A DNA stretch of 64,000 nt from Verrucomicrobiales bacterium (GCA_031411295.1 JANOAV010000077.1:1-64000), one strand, 5' to 3'. Counted from the first letter of the stretch, positions 17,903 through 28,828 are shown. Translations and numbers: made by a program. Notes: generated by a model not told the origin, from the sequence alone.

Positions 17903-18520
17903 ATGTCCTACAATAACGAACACGTCCTCGTCGTCCGCCGCTCCCTTTTCGACGAATTGGGTGCCTTCCAAGGTATTTCCACCGAAGTGGGTAAATATTT
18001 GCCTGAGTTCCTGAATCCCTCGCAAAACTTCTTCCTCTCGCGTGATGCTGCCGAAACGGACCCGTCCCACAAACAGATCATTCCCTACGCGATCTTCCAT
18101 TGTCAGGGAAAATTGCTGCACTATGTGCGGGGCAAGAAAAGTGGCGAACAACGCCTGGCCGCCAAAGGCAGCCTGGGCATTGGCGGACATATCAATTCAG
18201 AAGACGCGGAGCAGGCTTCCTTGGAGCGCGATACTTACCTCACGGGAGTGGAACGGGAAATCAACGAGGAGCTGAAATTGGACACCCCATACCAGCAACG
18301 CATCGTGGCGCTGCTCAATGATGATTCCAACGACGTCGGCCAAGTGCATCTGGGCATCGTGCATGTCTTCGATTTGGAATCCGAGTCCGTCGCGCCAAAC
18401 GAAGCGCCCATCACGCAGTTGGAATTTCTGAGTCGCGACGAACTCCTAGCACGGCGGGATCTCTTGGAATCCTGGAGCCAGTTCTGCCTGGACCACTGGG
18501 ATCAGTTGCTGGGATCATAA
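17903..18520 (+). CDS. NUDIX-like phosphoesterase (YmaB-like)
   Basis: AETDPSHKQIIPY, GEQRL..K.SLGIGGHIN, REINEE, VGQVHLG, LESWS. Confidence 0.85.
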   Translation: MSYNNEHVLVVRRSLFDELGAFQGISTEVGKYLPEFLNPSQNFFLSRDAAETDPSHKQIIPYAIFHCQGKLLHYVRGKKSGEQRLAAKGSLGIGGHINSEDAEQASLERDTYLTGVEREINEELKLDTPYQQRIVALLNDDSNDVGQVHLGIVHVFDLESESVAPNEAPITQLEFLSRDELLARRDLLESWSQFCLDHWDQLLGS

Positions 18521-18523
18521 GAC

Positions 18524-18590
18524 GAATGTGGGTCAGCCCGCTGGGCTGATCTCCCAAGGCCTGAGCAGCCCAGCGGGCTGCTCCACATTC
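18524..18590. repeat. REP-like inverted doublet between convergent genes
   Basis: 25-bp inverted repeat with 2 mismatches (18524..18548 / 18566..18590). Each arm is GTGG plus the palindrome CAGCCC-GCT-GGGCTG. Confidence 0.75.
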
Positions 18591-18607
18591 TGCCGAATCT
18601 CATAACT

Positions 18608-20464
18608 TCAAACGCGCCCCAGGAGCACGCCCTTGAAGTAGCTCTTGCCGCCGGTCAGTGGGATCACATCCAAGGCGGGATAGGACGCCAGCACCTGATA
18701 GGATTCGCTGAATTGACTGAGAAGCAACTGCTCGCAAAAGAGCCAGCAGGTATAGTCTGCGACGTAGATCTCCGCAGGAACATGTTGGATGACGATGCGA
18801 TGCCGATCGCCCTCCCAGTAAGGCGTGCGTTCAAGCAAAATATACGGAGCCTTGAGGCGACACAATTCCTCGATGATTTCCGTAGCTTGAGGCAGAAAGT
18901 GCAGGCTACTTGACAACAGAACCACATCCGGTGGATAACAAGCCACCGATTCAGCAATGGACTTGTAGAAAGTGACTCGCGCGTTGGAAAATTCCGCCTG
19001 CCCGCAGTCCACGTAATGCGGTTGTTCCACCACACACCAGTGAAGCTCCGGAATCGCATCGAGCCAGGGACGACAGGCAAAATAGGTGCTGGCCAAGGCT
19101 CCGCCAAAGTCCAGCACCGTGAGTTTCCCCTGCTGCCTGGCGGCAGCGGGCAGCAGTCCGGCAATCGTGGAGAAGGGATATTCTGGAATGTCCATGAGCA
19201 CCGAATCGCGCTCATAAACAGCCTCGCCCGAGACGATCTTGCGCATGGCATTCCGCGTCGTTTCCAAAATATTAGTAGCGGCGTATCCGCCACACTCCGC
19301 ACTAGCGGCATCCCATGTCGCGTAATCCCCATCGAACCGAAGCCGGTCCTGCGGTGGCGTGAGCGCTGCTGCGACAGGCTTATCCTTGGGATCGCTTTTA
19401 GGTGATTGCCTGACTTTCTGTTTCCGGGGTGGTGGCGCAGGAGGGCGGGCGACTCCAAGGTTCCTGAGCAACTTCACGATGACGGCCCTGCCTCCACTAA
19501 CATGGAAGATACCAGCTCGGACTTTTGCCGTCAGTTCACGCCATGTTTGAGGGATGACTGGCTGTTCGTGATCGGTTCGGGTCGCTGTCGCTTGCGGCTG
19601 AGTTTCTAGTTGCTTCTCCCATGGCCGCAGCGCCTGCAACCAAGGAGCCACCACGGCCTTGCGGAGGATCCGGTGGTAAGGCGCCTGGTAAAGCGCGAAC
19701 GGCAGAGCGACCAGCCAAGGCTTGGGGAATTGGAAGCCATGGAAATGGAAAAAGATCAATCGTTGACCATCGACCATCACCGTTGCTAACTCGCCACTCA
19801 ACTTATGGGATCGGATGCTCCACGGAGCAAGGTTCGCCCCCGGATGCTGGACGACGTGAACGCCGGAAAACCGCACCGGGAAGTCATCCAAATATTTCTG
19901 ATCCGCAAATCGTCCTGCCTCCACCCGGTCATGGCACCACTCGGCACAACGCTCCGCCCACCACTGCAAACACGGCCGACCACTGGCATCCTGACGAAAC
20001 GTCATCCAGCCAACGTTGAACTCACCGTAAATAACATTACCAGCGAGATCGGGCGGAAAGCGATGCGAGATAATGGCGACCGACTGCGCTCCCAACTCAG
20101 CAAAGATTGGCTCTGGACTGGAGAAGAAATACAGATCAGCATCCAAATAAGTCACCAGTGCATCCGCCTCCGCTTTCCCCATGAGTTCGAGCAGCAGGAA
20201 AGGCGTGCAAGTGAAGTAATATTCCACCAGCGTTCGGTTGGATTTCGTTTCGCACAAGGCAGGCCAGGATTGCTCCAACGCATCGAGCGTTATCAACTCC
20301 AAATCATTCCAAGCGACCTGTCGCACGAGCGCTTCGCAGGCCCCGGAGAGGCAAAGCACTGTGAACTTAGCATTTGGTTGATACTGCCGCAAACTCTGCA
20401 GCATTGCCATGCCACGCGAAAAATACCGTTCGTCGAAGTAGGTGCAAAAGTGGCGTTGCGTCAT
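18608..20464 (-). CDS. Glycosyltransferase-like domain fused to TIGR04325-type methyltransferase
   Basis: N-half FCTYFD..Y, YLDADLYFF, DQKYLD, NLAPW, FFHFHG. C-half YERDSV, VLDFGGALASTYF, WCVVEQ, LLSSSLHFL. Confidence 0.8.
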   Translation of the reverse strand: MTQRHFCTYFDERYFSRGMAMLQSLRQYQPNAKFTVLCLSGACEALVRQVAWNDLELITLDALEQSWPALCETKSNRTLVEYYFTCTPFLLLELMGKAEADALVTYLDADLYFFSSPEPIFAELGAQSVAIISHRFPPDLAGNVIYGEFNVGWMTFRQDASGRPCLQWWAERCAEWCHDRVEAGRFADQKYLDDFPVRFSGVHVVQHPGANLAPWSIRSHKLSGELATVMVDGQRLIFFHFHGFQFPKPWLVALPFALYQAPYHRILRKAVVAPWLQALRPWEKQLETQPQATATRTDHEQPVIPQTWRELTAKVRAGIFHVSGGRAVIVKLLRNLGVARPPAPPPRKQKVRQSPKSDPKDKPVAAALTPPQDRLRFDGDYATWDAASAECGGYAATNILETTRNAMRKIVSGEAVYERDSVLMDIPEYPFSTIAGLLPAAARQQGKLTVLDFGGALASTYFACRPWLDAIPELHWCVVEQPHYVDCGQAEFSNARVTFYKSIAESVACYPPDVVLLSSSLHFLPQATEIIEELCRLKAPYILLERTPYWEGDRHRIVIQHVPAEIYVADYTCWLFCEQLLLSQFSESYQVLASYPALDVIPLTGGKSYFKGVLLGRV

Positions 20465-20616
20465 TAGAGGCAGACCATGTGGATGGTTGCCACCTTGTCA
20501 CCCAAAATATTCGGGAGCATCATCAAGACTGGCAGACTGGCCTGTCTTGCCTTCGTGATGAAATAAGCTGCCAACCGGTATCCTAGCCAAGTATCCTGCA
20601 TCAAAAGCCAGAACTC

Positions 20617-20964
20617 CTAACCCAATCCCTGCTGCAAATCTCTAAACACCCGCACTTCTCTCACATCCACTCTTTTGAGTTTCCTGGCACCAGACTTCCG
20701 ATTCTTCCCAAGCCGATCCCGCACCGACCCGAACACCGTATTAATTAATCCAGCGCTCCCGAAAATCCCGCCCCGTATAAAATAGTTCACCTTCAGACGC
20801 AGCATCTGCCCCCGGGATGGTTTACCACCTGCTGCATGAACCTTCTCAACCTCGTCCAAACTGAAACCAGCCCAAGCCGGTGTGACCTCGCTCCCGTGAA
20901 TCTCCTGCCCTTCTCCGAATAACCACAGGCGATACCGCGCAGCCACCGCGTCCCCTGAGCCCAA
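20617..20964 (-). pseudogene. C-terminal remnant of a verrucomicrobial IS200/RAYT-like transposase
   Basis: LRLKVNYFIRGGIFGS...RKSGARKL...RDLQ recalls the C-terminal tail of that family (from memory). No HUH core upstream. Confidence 0.45.
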
Positions 20965-21128
20965 TTCCTCCGATCCAACAAATCCCTTAGACTGCGCAGC
21001 TTCAACCCCTAAAATCTGGGCTCAACGGGAAATAGTGGGGAGTTTTGTGGAACCTTCCTGGAAGAACCTGGTTTGCAAAAAAAACTCTGGAGCCGGATTT
21101 TGCCTTACCCAAAGGCCGGAACGCGATT

Positions 21129-21570
21129 TTACCAATAGGTAATGGCCGTCCTTGCCGCTACAAAACTCCCCACCAACTCCCGTCGCGCCAAAAAATCTAC
21201 CGGCTTATGTGCCTGCAGGTGGTTCCGCATGCAGGAAATGAGCATTCTGGATTCGTCCAGCTTCCCGCTGTCCATCAGCGCGGTGGCGAGATGCCGCGAA
21301 CACACGATCCAAATGCGCAACAATTCATAATTTTCCGGCGCGGTGCCGACTTTCTCAACCAGCACCTTTCGGGAGAACAGCTTTTACTCAATCGCTTCCT
21401 CGAAGCGTTTCTGATTGGGCACACTTTATTCATACAAGCACTGCATCCGCGCCAATTCCTGCTGCACCTGCCGCTCAGGGGAATTTTGCTTTGCCAGCAT
21501 TTTGTAAACTTCGAGTCCCTCCTCCTACACTACCAATTGCCTCCAACCACTGTGCCCGCGCATGCTGCGG
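21129..21570 (-). pseudogene. Degraded helical (TPR-like) gene fragment
   Basis: Minus-strand reading looks amphipathic-helical but is interrupted by stops. The + strand ORF is unconvincing. Confidence 0.25.
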
Positions 21571-21697
21571 CATGAGCAGCGTGCGATAGAGCCAAGCCTT
21601 GTTCTTCAGCGCACTTGAATCCACCGTTTGGTTTCGACCACAAGAAGGATCAAAATTGCAAAATCATGATCAGTTTCACAGGGGTGAGTGCACGTTT

Positions 21698-21838
21698 ATG
21701 CCAATCTACGAAAACATCATTGCCACCGTGGGGCACACCACATTGGTTAAACTCAATCGCATTGCTGAAGGTCTGCCTGCGCAGATCGCACTCAAGGGCG
21801 AGTGCAAAAAACCTCTCGGCAGCGTGAAGGACCGCATT
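21698..21838 (+). pseudogene. cysK: 5' fragment of cysteine synthase A
   Basis: MPIYENIIATVGHTTLVKLNRI...PLGSVKDRI (47 codons, includes the PLP-lysine motif). Homology then stops abruptly. Confidence 0.85.
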
Positions 21839-21839
21839 C

Positions 21840-22523
21840 GTGAGCTTTGGTGGCGAGTTGGCACCAAAATTTATTGGAGTTCATGCCGCAGATAAATTTG
21901 CGCCACGTTTGATAGGACCGCTTTCCGCCGTGTTGAAGCTGGCGCATCCGTTGTTTGTGGTGATGGAGAAATTCAGTCTTCTCCTCAAGCGCGCGCCCAC
22001 CACGGCCAGCGCTGGGAGTGATCACATCATGGACATCGTGACACTGGTGGAAGCCGCGCGTGCCGAGCAGGTGCTGCATAACCGGGAGGAAATTATCATC
22101 ATCCACGCGGCCACCTTGTCTGCGCGTCGTGTCCGCACCGCCATGGTGCCGCGGGATTCCGTGGCGTTCTTCGATGCCCGCCAATCCTTGCTGGAGAACG
22201 TCCAGCGACTAGGGCCAAAGTTGCACCGCAGCTATCCTGTCAGTGCGGATGGCACTTCTGGACGCATCACGGGCTACATTCGGGTGCGGGAATTGTTTGT
22301 GCAAAATTTAAGCCACCCCAAGCCAGGCGAGCCCAAAGGAGATTGCCATCAACTCATCCGGCCCGTCCCGCACATCGATGAACGCTCCACCCTGACACAA
22401 CCTCTTGCACTCTATTTGGATCAATCAGAAATCGCAGTGCTCGTGGATAACAGCGCGGGGGAAGTCTCCGGCTGGATCCCCATGGACGACGTCATGAAAG
22501 TCCTCATGGGACAACGAATTTAA
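21840..22523 (+). pseudogene. 5'-truncated CNNM(DUF21)-CBS hemolysin-family membrane protein
   Basis: Begins mid-CNNM at GELAPK. RVRTAMVPR, HRSYPV and a degenerate second CBS. The N-terminal TM helices are missing. Confidence 0.7.
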
Positions 22524-22600
22524 TCACCGATCCAATAATAATTCATTCTCGTGGCAATTTCCTACTTGCGCGATGTAGATTAAAGAATTAAGCAAGTTTT

Positions 22601-23176
22601 ATGAGATTAACGAAACGCGGAGAATACGCCCTGCGCACGCTCATTCGACTGGGAGTGGCCCAGCGGATGGGAACGCCGATCGTGTCCGTGTCTCGTTTGG
22701 CAGAAAGTGAGCACATTCCGGCAAAGTTTCTGGAGAACATTCTGGCCGATTTGAAGGCCGAAGGTTACGTTGAAGGAATTCGTGGGAAGGCAGGTGGAGC
22801 GAAGCTTTGTTGCGATGTGGACCAAACCAAAATGGGCGAATTGGTAAGATTTCTGGATGGTAAACTAGCCCCCATAGGTTGTGCCAGTGAGACTTCTTAC
22901 GAGCCCTGCTCCTGCCCGGACGCAGATCACTGCGGGCTGCGCATGTTGATGATCGACGTGCGCAACGCGATCTCTAACATTTTAGATCGATACTCGCTGG
23001 GGGATGTCATCACCGTGACCATGAAGAAAATGGAGCGGGATGGACTGATGCCCATGGTCCAATCGAAAGCCCAACCCATCAAGCGGAACAAGCTTCCCGC
23101 CAAGCCCCGCTATGCTGATCCTACGGATGGCTTCCTGGCCGGTCTCGTCACCGGCCTCGGCCAATTGAAGAAGTAA
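22601..23176 (+). CDS. Rrf2-family transcriptional regulator
   Basis: MRLTKRGEYALR, IPAKFLENIL, GIRGKAGG, Cys cluster C-x8-C-x-C-x5-C. Confidence 0.9.
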   Translation: MRLTKRGEYALRTLIRLGVAQRMGTPIVSVSRLAESEHIPAKFLENILADLKAEGYVEGIRGKAGGAKLCCDVDQTKMGELVRFLDGKLAPIGCASETSYEPCSCPDADHCGLRMLMIDVRNAISNILDRYSLGDVITVTMKKMERDGLMPMVQSKAQPIKRNKLPAKPRYADPTDGFLAGLVTGLGQLKK

Positions 23177-23294
23177 TCCGCCTTGAATTTCCTTGCCCAC
23201 CACCACCCGTGGAGGCATCCCCAAAAAAATCACCTCACCTGCCAAGGCTCTGACCGGACCACCGGAGGCTGCTTTGACGCATTTCATCATATCC

Positions 23295-24269
23295 ATGAAT
23301 CGTCGAAATTTCCTATCATTGTCCGCCCTGACTGCCACCGGATTCACTGCGTGCAGCAAGTCCTCCACCGCCCCAGCCAACGCCCCGGTGCGGTTTGGGC
23401 ATTTCCCCAACATTACCCACGTGCAGGGCTTGGTGGCGCACGCCCTGAGCCGTCAGGGGAAAGGCTGGTATGAGGAACGCCTTGGGGTGCCGGTCGAATG
23501 GTATGTCTTCAATGCAGGGCCGGAAGCCATGCAATCCATCTTTGGTCAGGCGCTGGATGTAACTTACATTGGTCCCAGTCCGGTGCTCAATGGCTATGCC
23601 CGTTCCAAGGGCAAGGAAGTTCGGGTGTTGGCAGGTGCCGCCAATGGTGGTAGTGCGTTAGTGGTTCGCAAGGACTCCGGCATCAAGACCGCAGCTGATT
23701 TCAAGGGAAAGAAAATTGCCTCTCCTGAAGTGGGCAATACTCAGGATGTGCAGTTGCGGGCCTGGTTGGCGGATCAAGGCATCAAGGTTACCCTAACGGG
23801 AGGTGAAGCCACCATCATGCCGACGAAGAATCCGGACCTGCTCGGACTGTTCCAGCAGGGTGCGCTGGATGCTGCCTGGACCGCGGAGCCCTGGGTCACG
23901 CGACTGGAATTGGACACCGGAGCGACGGTATTTTTGGACGACAAGAAAACGAATGTCGCATTGCTGGCCGCAGGGGTAACCTTTCTCAATGAACGTCCGG
24001 AGTTGGCCAAAAAGCTCGCAGCAGCGCACCGTGAGTTAACGGATTGGATCAATGCGCATCCCGCCGAGGCGCGTGCTTTGATTAAATCTGAACTGAAAGC
24101 GCTCACCAAGAGCGAGCCGCCAGATGCGGTGCTGGACAAGGCGCTGGCACGCGTAACCCTCACCAACGATATTTCCCGTCCCTCGCTGGAGCAGATGGTG
24201 CAGAGCGCGCAGAAGGCGAATTTCCTGCAGGACATCCCCGCGTTGGATCAATTGCTAGTCAATCCATAA
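23295..24269 (+). CDS. ABC transporter substrate-binding protein, sulfonate/nitrate/taurine family (SsuA-like), Tat lipoprotein
   Basis: NRRNFL plus FTAC lipobox, GHFPNITH, FNAGP, YIGPSP, GNTQDV, EPW. Confidence 0.9.
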   Translation: MNRRNFLSLSALTATGFTACSKSSTAPANAPVRFGHFPNITHVQGLVAHALSRQGKGWYEERLGVPVEWYVFNAGPEAMQSIFGQALDVTYIGPSPVLNGYARSKGKEVRVLAGAANGGSALVVRKDSGIKTAADFKGKKIASPEVGNTQDVQLRAWLADQGIKVTLTGGEATIMPTKNPDLLGLFQQGALDAAWTAEPWVTRLELDTGATVFLDDKKTNVALLAAGVTFLNERPELAKKLAAAHRELTDWINAHPAEARALIKSELKALTKSEPPDAVLDKALARVTLTNDISRPSLEQMVQSAQKANFLQDIPALDQLLVNP

Positions 24270-24276
24270 TTAGCCG

Positions 24277-25077
24277 ATGTCCCTCCAAGCAGAACTCCTC
24301 AACGCTCCTCCTGCCAAGCTCACGGTAGATCACGTTAGTAAGATTTACCGTAGTGAAAGCAAAACAACCCATGCGCTCGATGATGTTAGTCTGAACGTGA
24401 GTGAGGGGGAATTCATCTGCCTTTTGGGGCCCAGTGGGTGCGGCAAAAGCACCCTGCTGAATCTCATCGCAGGCCTGGAACCGCCAGATGCAGGATCGCT
24501 CTCTGCCGATGGCGAAATCATTACCGGGCCGGGCCGTCAGCGCATGGTGATGTTTCAGGAGCATGCGTTGTTTCCGTGGCTAAATGTTACCCAGAATGTG
24601 CTGTTCGGTTTAAACCTGAAACCTCACCTAACGGACGAGGATCGCGCGGGAGTTGCTGCCGCGTTTATTGAAATCGTGGGACTGACTCCATTTGCCAAAT
24701 CGAACATTCATGAACTCTCCGGCGGCATGAAGCAGCGGGTGGCGCTGGCCCGCGCTTTGGCTCCGAATCCCCAAGTGCTCTTGATGGATGAGCCCTTTGC
24801 AGCGCTTGATGCCATGACTCGCGAGCAGCTCTACGATGACCTCCAGAAAATTCAGAAGAAGCGACGCAAGACCATCATCTTTGTGACTCATAACGTCCGG
24901 GAAGCCGTTTGCCTGGGGGATCGTGTGCTGCTCTTCACGCCGCGGCCCGGTAAGATCCGTGCGGAGTTCAACGTGGATCTGCCACGCCCCAGAGACATCA
25001 ACGACGTGGCAGTGGCGCAACTGGCCTCCACGATTACCGCCGAACTCAAGAACCTCCTCCAGCAAAATCCCTCATGA
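24277..25077 (+). CDS. ABC transporter ATPase (SsuB/TauB-like)
   Basis: [32 protein letters not shown]. Confidence 0.92.
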   Translation: MSLQAELLNAPPAKLTVDHVSKIYRSESKTTHALDDVSLNVSEGEFICLLGPSGCGKSTLLNLIAGLEPPDAGSLSADGEIITGPGRQRMVMFQEHALFPWLNVTQNVLFGLNLKPHLTDEDRAGVAAAFIEIVGLTPFAKSNIHELSGGMKQRVALARALAPNPQVLLMDEPFAALDAMTREQLYDDLQKIQKKRRKTIIFVTHNVREAVCLGDRVLLFTPRPGKIRAEFNVDLPRPRDINDVAVAQLASTITAELKNLLQQNPS

Positions 25078-25859
25078 AACCCACCACATCACTAACCGTT
25101 CGACTGCTGCGAGCCTGTAGTCTCTTTGGGGCGCTGCTGGTGCTGTGGGAATACGGTTCCCGTCAGGAGTGGTGGAGTTCGCTCACGATTCCTTCGCCAA
25201 CCGAGATCGGTAAATATTTGCTCGAAAGCATTCAGGACGGTGACATGATTACGGCCTGCGTCGTGACCATGAAACGACTGCTCATCGGCTACACCATTGG
25301 GGTGATCGTGGGGATTCCACTTGGATTGCTCACGTCGCGATTTCAGTTCGCGAGCGACACGCTCGGCGTAAGTGCGCTCGGACTGCAAACGTTGCCCAGC
25401 GTGTGCTGGGTGCCCCTGGCGCTCATCTGGTTCAAGCAGAGCGAGGCCGCCATGCTCTTCATTGTGGTCATGGGCACGCTTTGGGCGGTGCTGTTAGCGA
25501 CGGATCACGGCATTCGTCAAATTCCGCCCATCTATCGTCGCGCCGCCAGCACCATGGGATCGAGCGGATTCCATTTGCTCCGCCGCGTGCTCCTGCCCGC
25601 CAGCCTGCCACTGATCGTGAGCGGCACCAAACAAGGCTGGGCTTTCGCCTGGCGCTCACTCATGGCGGCGGAACTTTTCGTCACCATTCCATCGGGCACC
25701 GGCCTGGGCCACCTCATGGAAATGAGCCGCAACAACCTCCGCATGGATCAAGTGGCCGCCATTATGTTTGTCATTCTGATCATCGGATTCACCGCCGACA
25801 AAATCATCTTCAGCCCCTGGGAACGCTTTCTGCGCAAACGCTGGGGACTTACCGTGTGA
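25074..25859 (+). CDS. ABC transporter permease (SsuC/TauC-like)
   Basis: LQTLPSVCWVPLA, RAASTMG, FAWRSLMAAE. ATGA overlap with the ATPase gene. Confidence 0.9.
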   Translation: MKPTTSLTVRLLRACSLFGALLVLWEYGSRQEWWSSLTIPSPTEIGKYLLESIQDGDMITACVVTMKRLLIGYTIGVIVGIPLGLLTSRFQFASDTLGVSALGLQTLPSVCWVPLALIWFKQSEAAMLFIVVMGTLWAVLLATDHGIRQIPPIYRRAASTMGSSGFHLLRRVLLPASLPLIVSGTKQGWAFAWRSLMAAELFVTIPSGTGLGHLMEMSRNNLRMDQVAAIMFVILIIGFTADKIIFSPWERFLRKRWGLTV

Positions 25860-26174
25860 TCAATTACCCAAGAGATTAGACGTGGAAATACACGTGCGAT
25901 CTGATCCCCACAAACGACACGGTAGTGATGAATGATGCTGTCACCCCGGGGTCGGCGGTTGCTGCATGCTTCAAAAGTGCTAATTGCCATCGCCCCGAAC
26001 GATCTGGTAAACTTTAACCCCGCCGACGAATCCAATTGTTGTGCCGTCGCAGCGGCCCCCAGCCTCCGCTCGGTTCATGGGCAACCACTGGCGTAACCCA
26101 GGTCCACATCGTCACAGGGCAGATCAGCTTCACATAATGGTCGAGTAACAATTACTCAGTCAAAAACCTTCGCC

Positions 26175-28724
26175 TCACCACGTCCTGCGGAAGCGGAGGA
26201 AACCACGCCCAGCCATGGGTAAGGGAAACGTTGCCTCCTCCGCATCGCGTGTGGCAGGGGTAGTCAGCGTTTGCCATGCGTCACTCAGGGTGGCATTCCA
26301 CTCCGGCACCCAACCAGTATTTCCCGGCCCCATCAATTCCAGCCCATCCACCGTCTGCGTAAGGTTCACTGGTGGGGCCTCGTCGTCTCCATCGAGAACT
26401 TCCGAGTCGTCTTGATCGATGCTGTAATTCGATCCCATATAGGGCGGCACGCCGAGGAATGTCAGCACATCCTCCTGCTCCAGTCCTGCCAGCAACTCCA
26501 GCTGCGTTAACCCCGGTTCGTCTTCCTGATCTCCATGCCAGCGCAGGTCTTCCCCGGACCAAAGGAACGCCTGCAAGCGGCCCTGCCAGCGGCCCCGGGC
26601 CACGGCATCCACCTGCCCCACGAGAGTGGCTTGTGCCTCCAGCGTGGAAATTTCAGCGCGCAGCGAATTGCTGGTTCGGTTTGTCAGGGTGACGGTGCGA
26701 TTGAACCCCACCGCTGGAACCGTGCTCGTATCCATACATTGCAAATACGCCACCACATCGGCAAAATCCCCCGCTGTCAGGCCGGTATCCGCCACGAGAT
26801 GCACCAGCGGCAACACCGATTGACTGCCATCATGCAAATACCCGAAACCACTCAGCGTGCTGCCGGCCTCCGGGGTGAAATTTCCCCGCCGATACAACGT
26901 GTGCAGTGGAGCCACGCGGAAGAATTGCGCAGAGCCCGTCAACGCTGGATCCGGCACGCTGTAGTTGGAGCCTCGCGTGCCCGCGTGACAAGTGGCGCAC
27001 TTGCTGCTGCTGGCTTCAAATTTCGCTTTGCCGATCTCAGGGTTTCCTCCAGCCAGGCCAGTGGGCAGCGTGTTCTCCAGCTTGAGATTCGGGTTGGGTG
27101 GCAAATTCACGCTAACTAAATAATCCAACAGCAACTGCAACTCTGTAATCGGCAGCGGACTACCGCCTAACTTGTTGGCGAAATTTGAGTTAATGGCCAG
27201 CAACCCGTGATCGCCCCGCCAGTTGTAGGGCGGAAAGGCGGCGGCACTCCGCAGTGTTGGCGTCAGCATGGGGCCCTTCATGGGATGATAGGATCGGGTG
27301 CCCACCGTGGTCATTTCGCCAGCGGGATCACCCAGATCCCACGCCAACCCATCGCGATCTCCGTCGATGTGGCAGGACGCACACGACATGGTGCCATGGG
27401 CCGAGAGCCTGGCATCATAGAGATAGCCGCGGCCTTCGGCAATAAAGTCCGGCATCAACAGGCGACTTCCCGCAGGAACTTCCGCCAGCACAGATTCCGT
27501 GCTGGTATCGATGACTGAAACGGAGTTCGCCATGCGATTCATCACATACAATCGGGGGCGCGATGGATGCAGCGCCAGTCCACGCGGCCCACGCATCGCC
27601 TTCGTGTCAGCACCGGCCGGGCGCACATCCACCCGCGCCAGCACGGTGCCATCTGCGCCTAACTTGGCCACCCGATCTGATCCATACACCGCCAGCCAGC
27701 CATGCGAACCATCGGGTGCCCAGACCAAGCCCGTAGGCTGAGCCAGCGCCACGGCAGCGGTGGAAGGGTTCGGTGGTGCATTGTAATCCACGCCCGGATT
27801 GAGATTGAAGTTGGTTACCGAATTCGTTGTTAGGGAAATTTGTGCCACACGATTATCCACCGCGTGAGCCCGCAGGTTAGGCTGGAAGCGAACCGCATTG
27901 TGCGCCTCGGTATTGGCCACCCAGAGGTCGCCCGTCGTGGGATGCACCGCCAGATCGAAGAGATTCGTGCCCACGCCAGAGTGCCAGTGGATGATTTGAT
28001 TCGTGCCGGGATTAATTTCCGCCACATCGTGATCTGTCACGCTGTAATTCAATCGGGCGTCACCCGTGGCTACGATCAGACCCGTTTGCGGAGCGGGCGG
28101 CAGGGCGGCATTGGTTGGTGCAGGTGGAGCAGGAGCTTGGGCGGCGGGCAGCGTGGTAGTGCCATTTCCTGATAGCAAGCAAGCCACAAATACCCGCTGA
28201 CCATCAGCACTGACCGCCAGAGCGCGCGGAAAATTTCCGTCCACCGGAATGGTGGCCGTTTCCACATGGGAGATGCCATCCAGCACCCGAATCACCTGTG
28301 ACTGCGCACAAGTCACGAAGGCTTTGCCTTGGGCGAACACGACATCGGCAGGTTCATCCGGCACGGAGATGGTATCCAGCACACAACGCCGACTCAGGGA
28401 AACAATGGATATGCTATCCGAAACTTCATTGACCACCCAAACCTCATCGGTGGTGCGCTGCCGCAAACTGACTGGCTCCAACCCAACGGGAATTTCCGCC
28501 ACCAACACGGGCTCGGGATTAGCCGCATTAGAAATATCAAACACCGCCAGCCGCGCATGGGGCGTGTTCAGCGCCAGCAACTTCATGCCATCCGCCGACA
28601 CCGCCACGGGATGCATCTGCCGACCCTCGAAATGCACGAAGGGAGAATGTGCCACCACCCTAAGTTGAAGGCAAGCCAGCACCAATACTACCCGTCCGAG
28701 CGAGCGAAATAAAGATATGAACAT
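26175..28724 (-). CDS. Secreted YVTN/YncE beta-propeller plus di-heme cytochrome c protein
   Basis: Signal peptide. IPVGLEP, VWVVNEVSDSISIV and LYVMNRMANSVSVID blades. Heme motifs CASCH and CATCH. Confidence 0.85.
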   Translation of the reverse strand: MFISLFRSLGRVVLVLACLQLRVVAHSPFVHFEGRQMHPVAVSADGMKLLALNTPHARLAVFDISNAANPEPVLVAEIPVGLEPVSLRQRTTDEVWVVNEVSDSISIVSLSRRCVLDTISVPDEPADVVFAQGKAFVTCAQSQVIRVLDGISHVETATIPVDGNFPRALAVSADGQRVFVACLLSGNGTTTLPAAQAPAPPAPTNAALPPAPQTGLIVATGDARLNYSVTDHDVAEINPGTNQIIHWHSGVGTNLFDLAVHPTTGDLWVANTEAHNAVRFQPNLRAHAVDNRVAQISLTTNSVTNFNLNPGVDYNAPPNPSTAAVALAQPTGLVWAPDGSHGWLAVYGSDRVAKLGADGTVLARVDVRPAGADTKAMRGPRGLALHPSRPRLYVMNRMANSVSVIDTSTESVLAEVPAGSRLLMPDFIAEGRGYLYDARLSAHGTMSCASCHIDGDRDGLAWDLGDPAGEMTTVGTRSYHPMKGPMLTPTLRSAAAFPPYNWRGDHGLLAINSNFANKLGGSPLPITELQLLLDYLVSVNLPPNPNLKLENTLPTGLAGGNPEIGKAKFEASSSKCATCHAGTRGSNYSVPDPALTGSAQFFRVAPLHTLYRRGNFTPEAGSTLSGFGYLHDGSQSVLPLVHLVADTGLTAGDFADVVAYLQCMDTSTVPAVGFNRTVTLTNRTSNSLRAEISTLEAQATLVGQVDAVARGRWQGRLQAFLWSGEDLRWHGDQEDEPGLTQLELLAGLEQEDVLTFLGVPPYMGSNYSIDQDDSEVLDGDDEAPPVNLTQTVDGLELMGPGNTGWVPEWNATLSDAWQTLTTPATRDAEEATFPLPMAGRGFLRFRRTW

Positions 28725-28828
28725 GGCAGACGGTGTAGCACGCTGCCGCGCCTCTTGGAAAGTAGTAATTTACACCCGCCAAATTTCCGCTTGGCAAGCA
28801 TCGGGGCCGCGTGCAGTGGCATAGCCAT

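Noticed and set aside
22558..22582. CTAC-N9-GTAG dyad upstream of Rrf2 as an operator
   Set aside because: Only 4-bp arms, too weak without comparative data.
25860..26174. 315-bp gap between convergent genes
   Set aside because: No convincing ORF, hairpin or repeat recognised.
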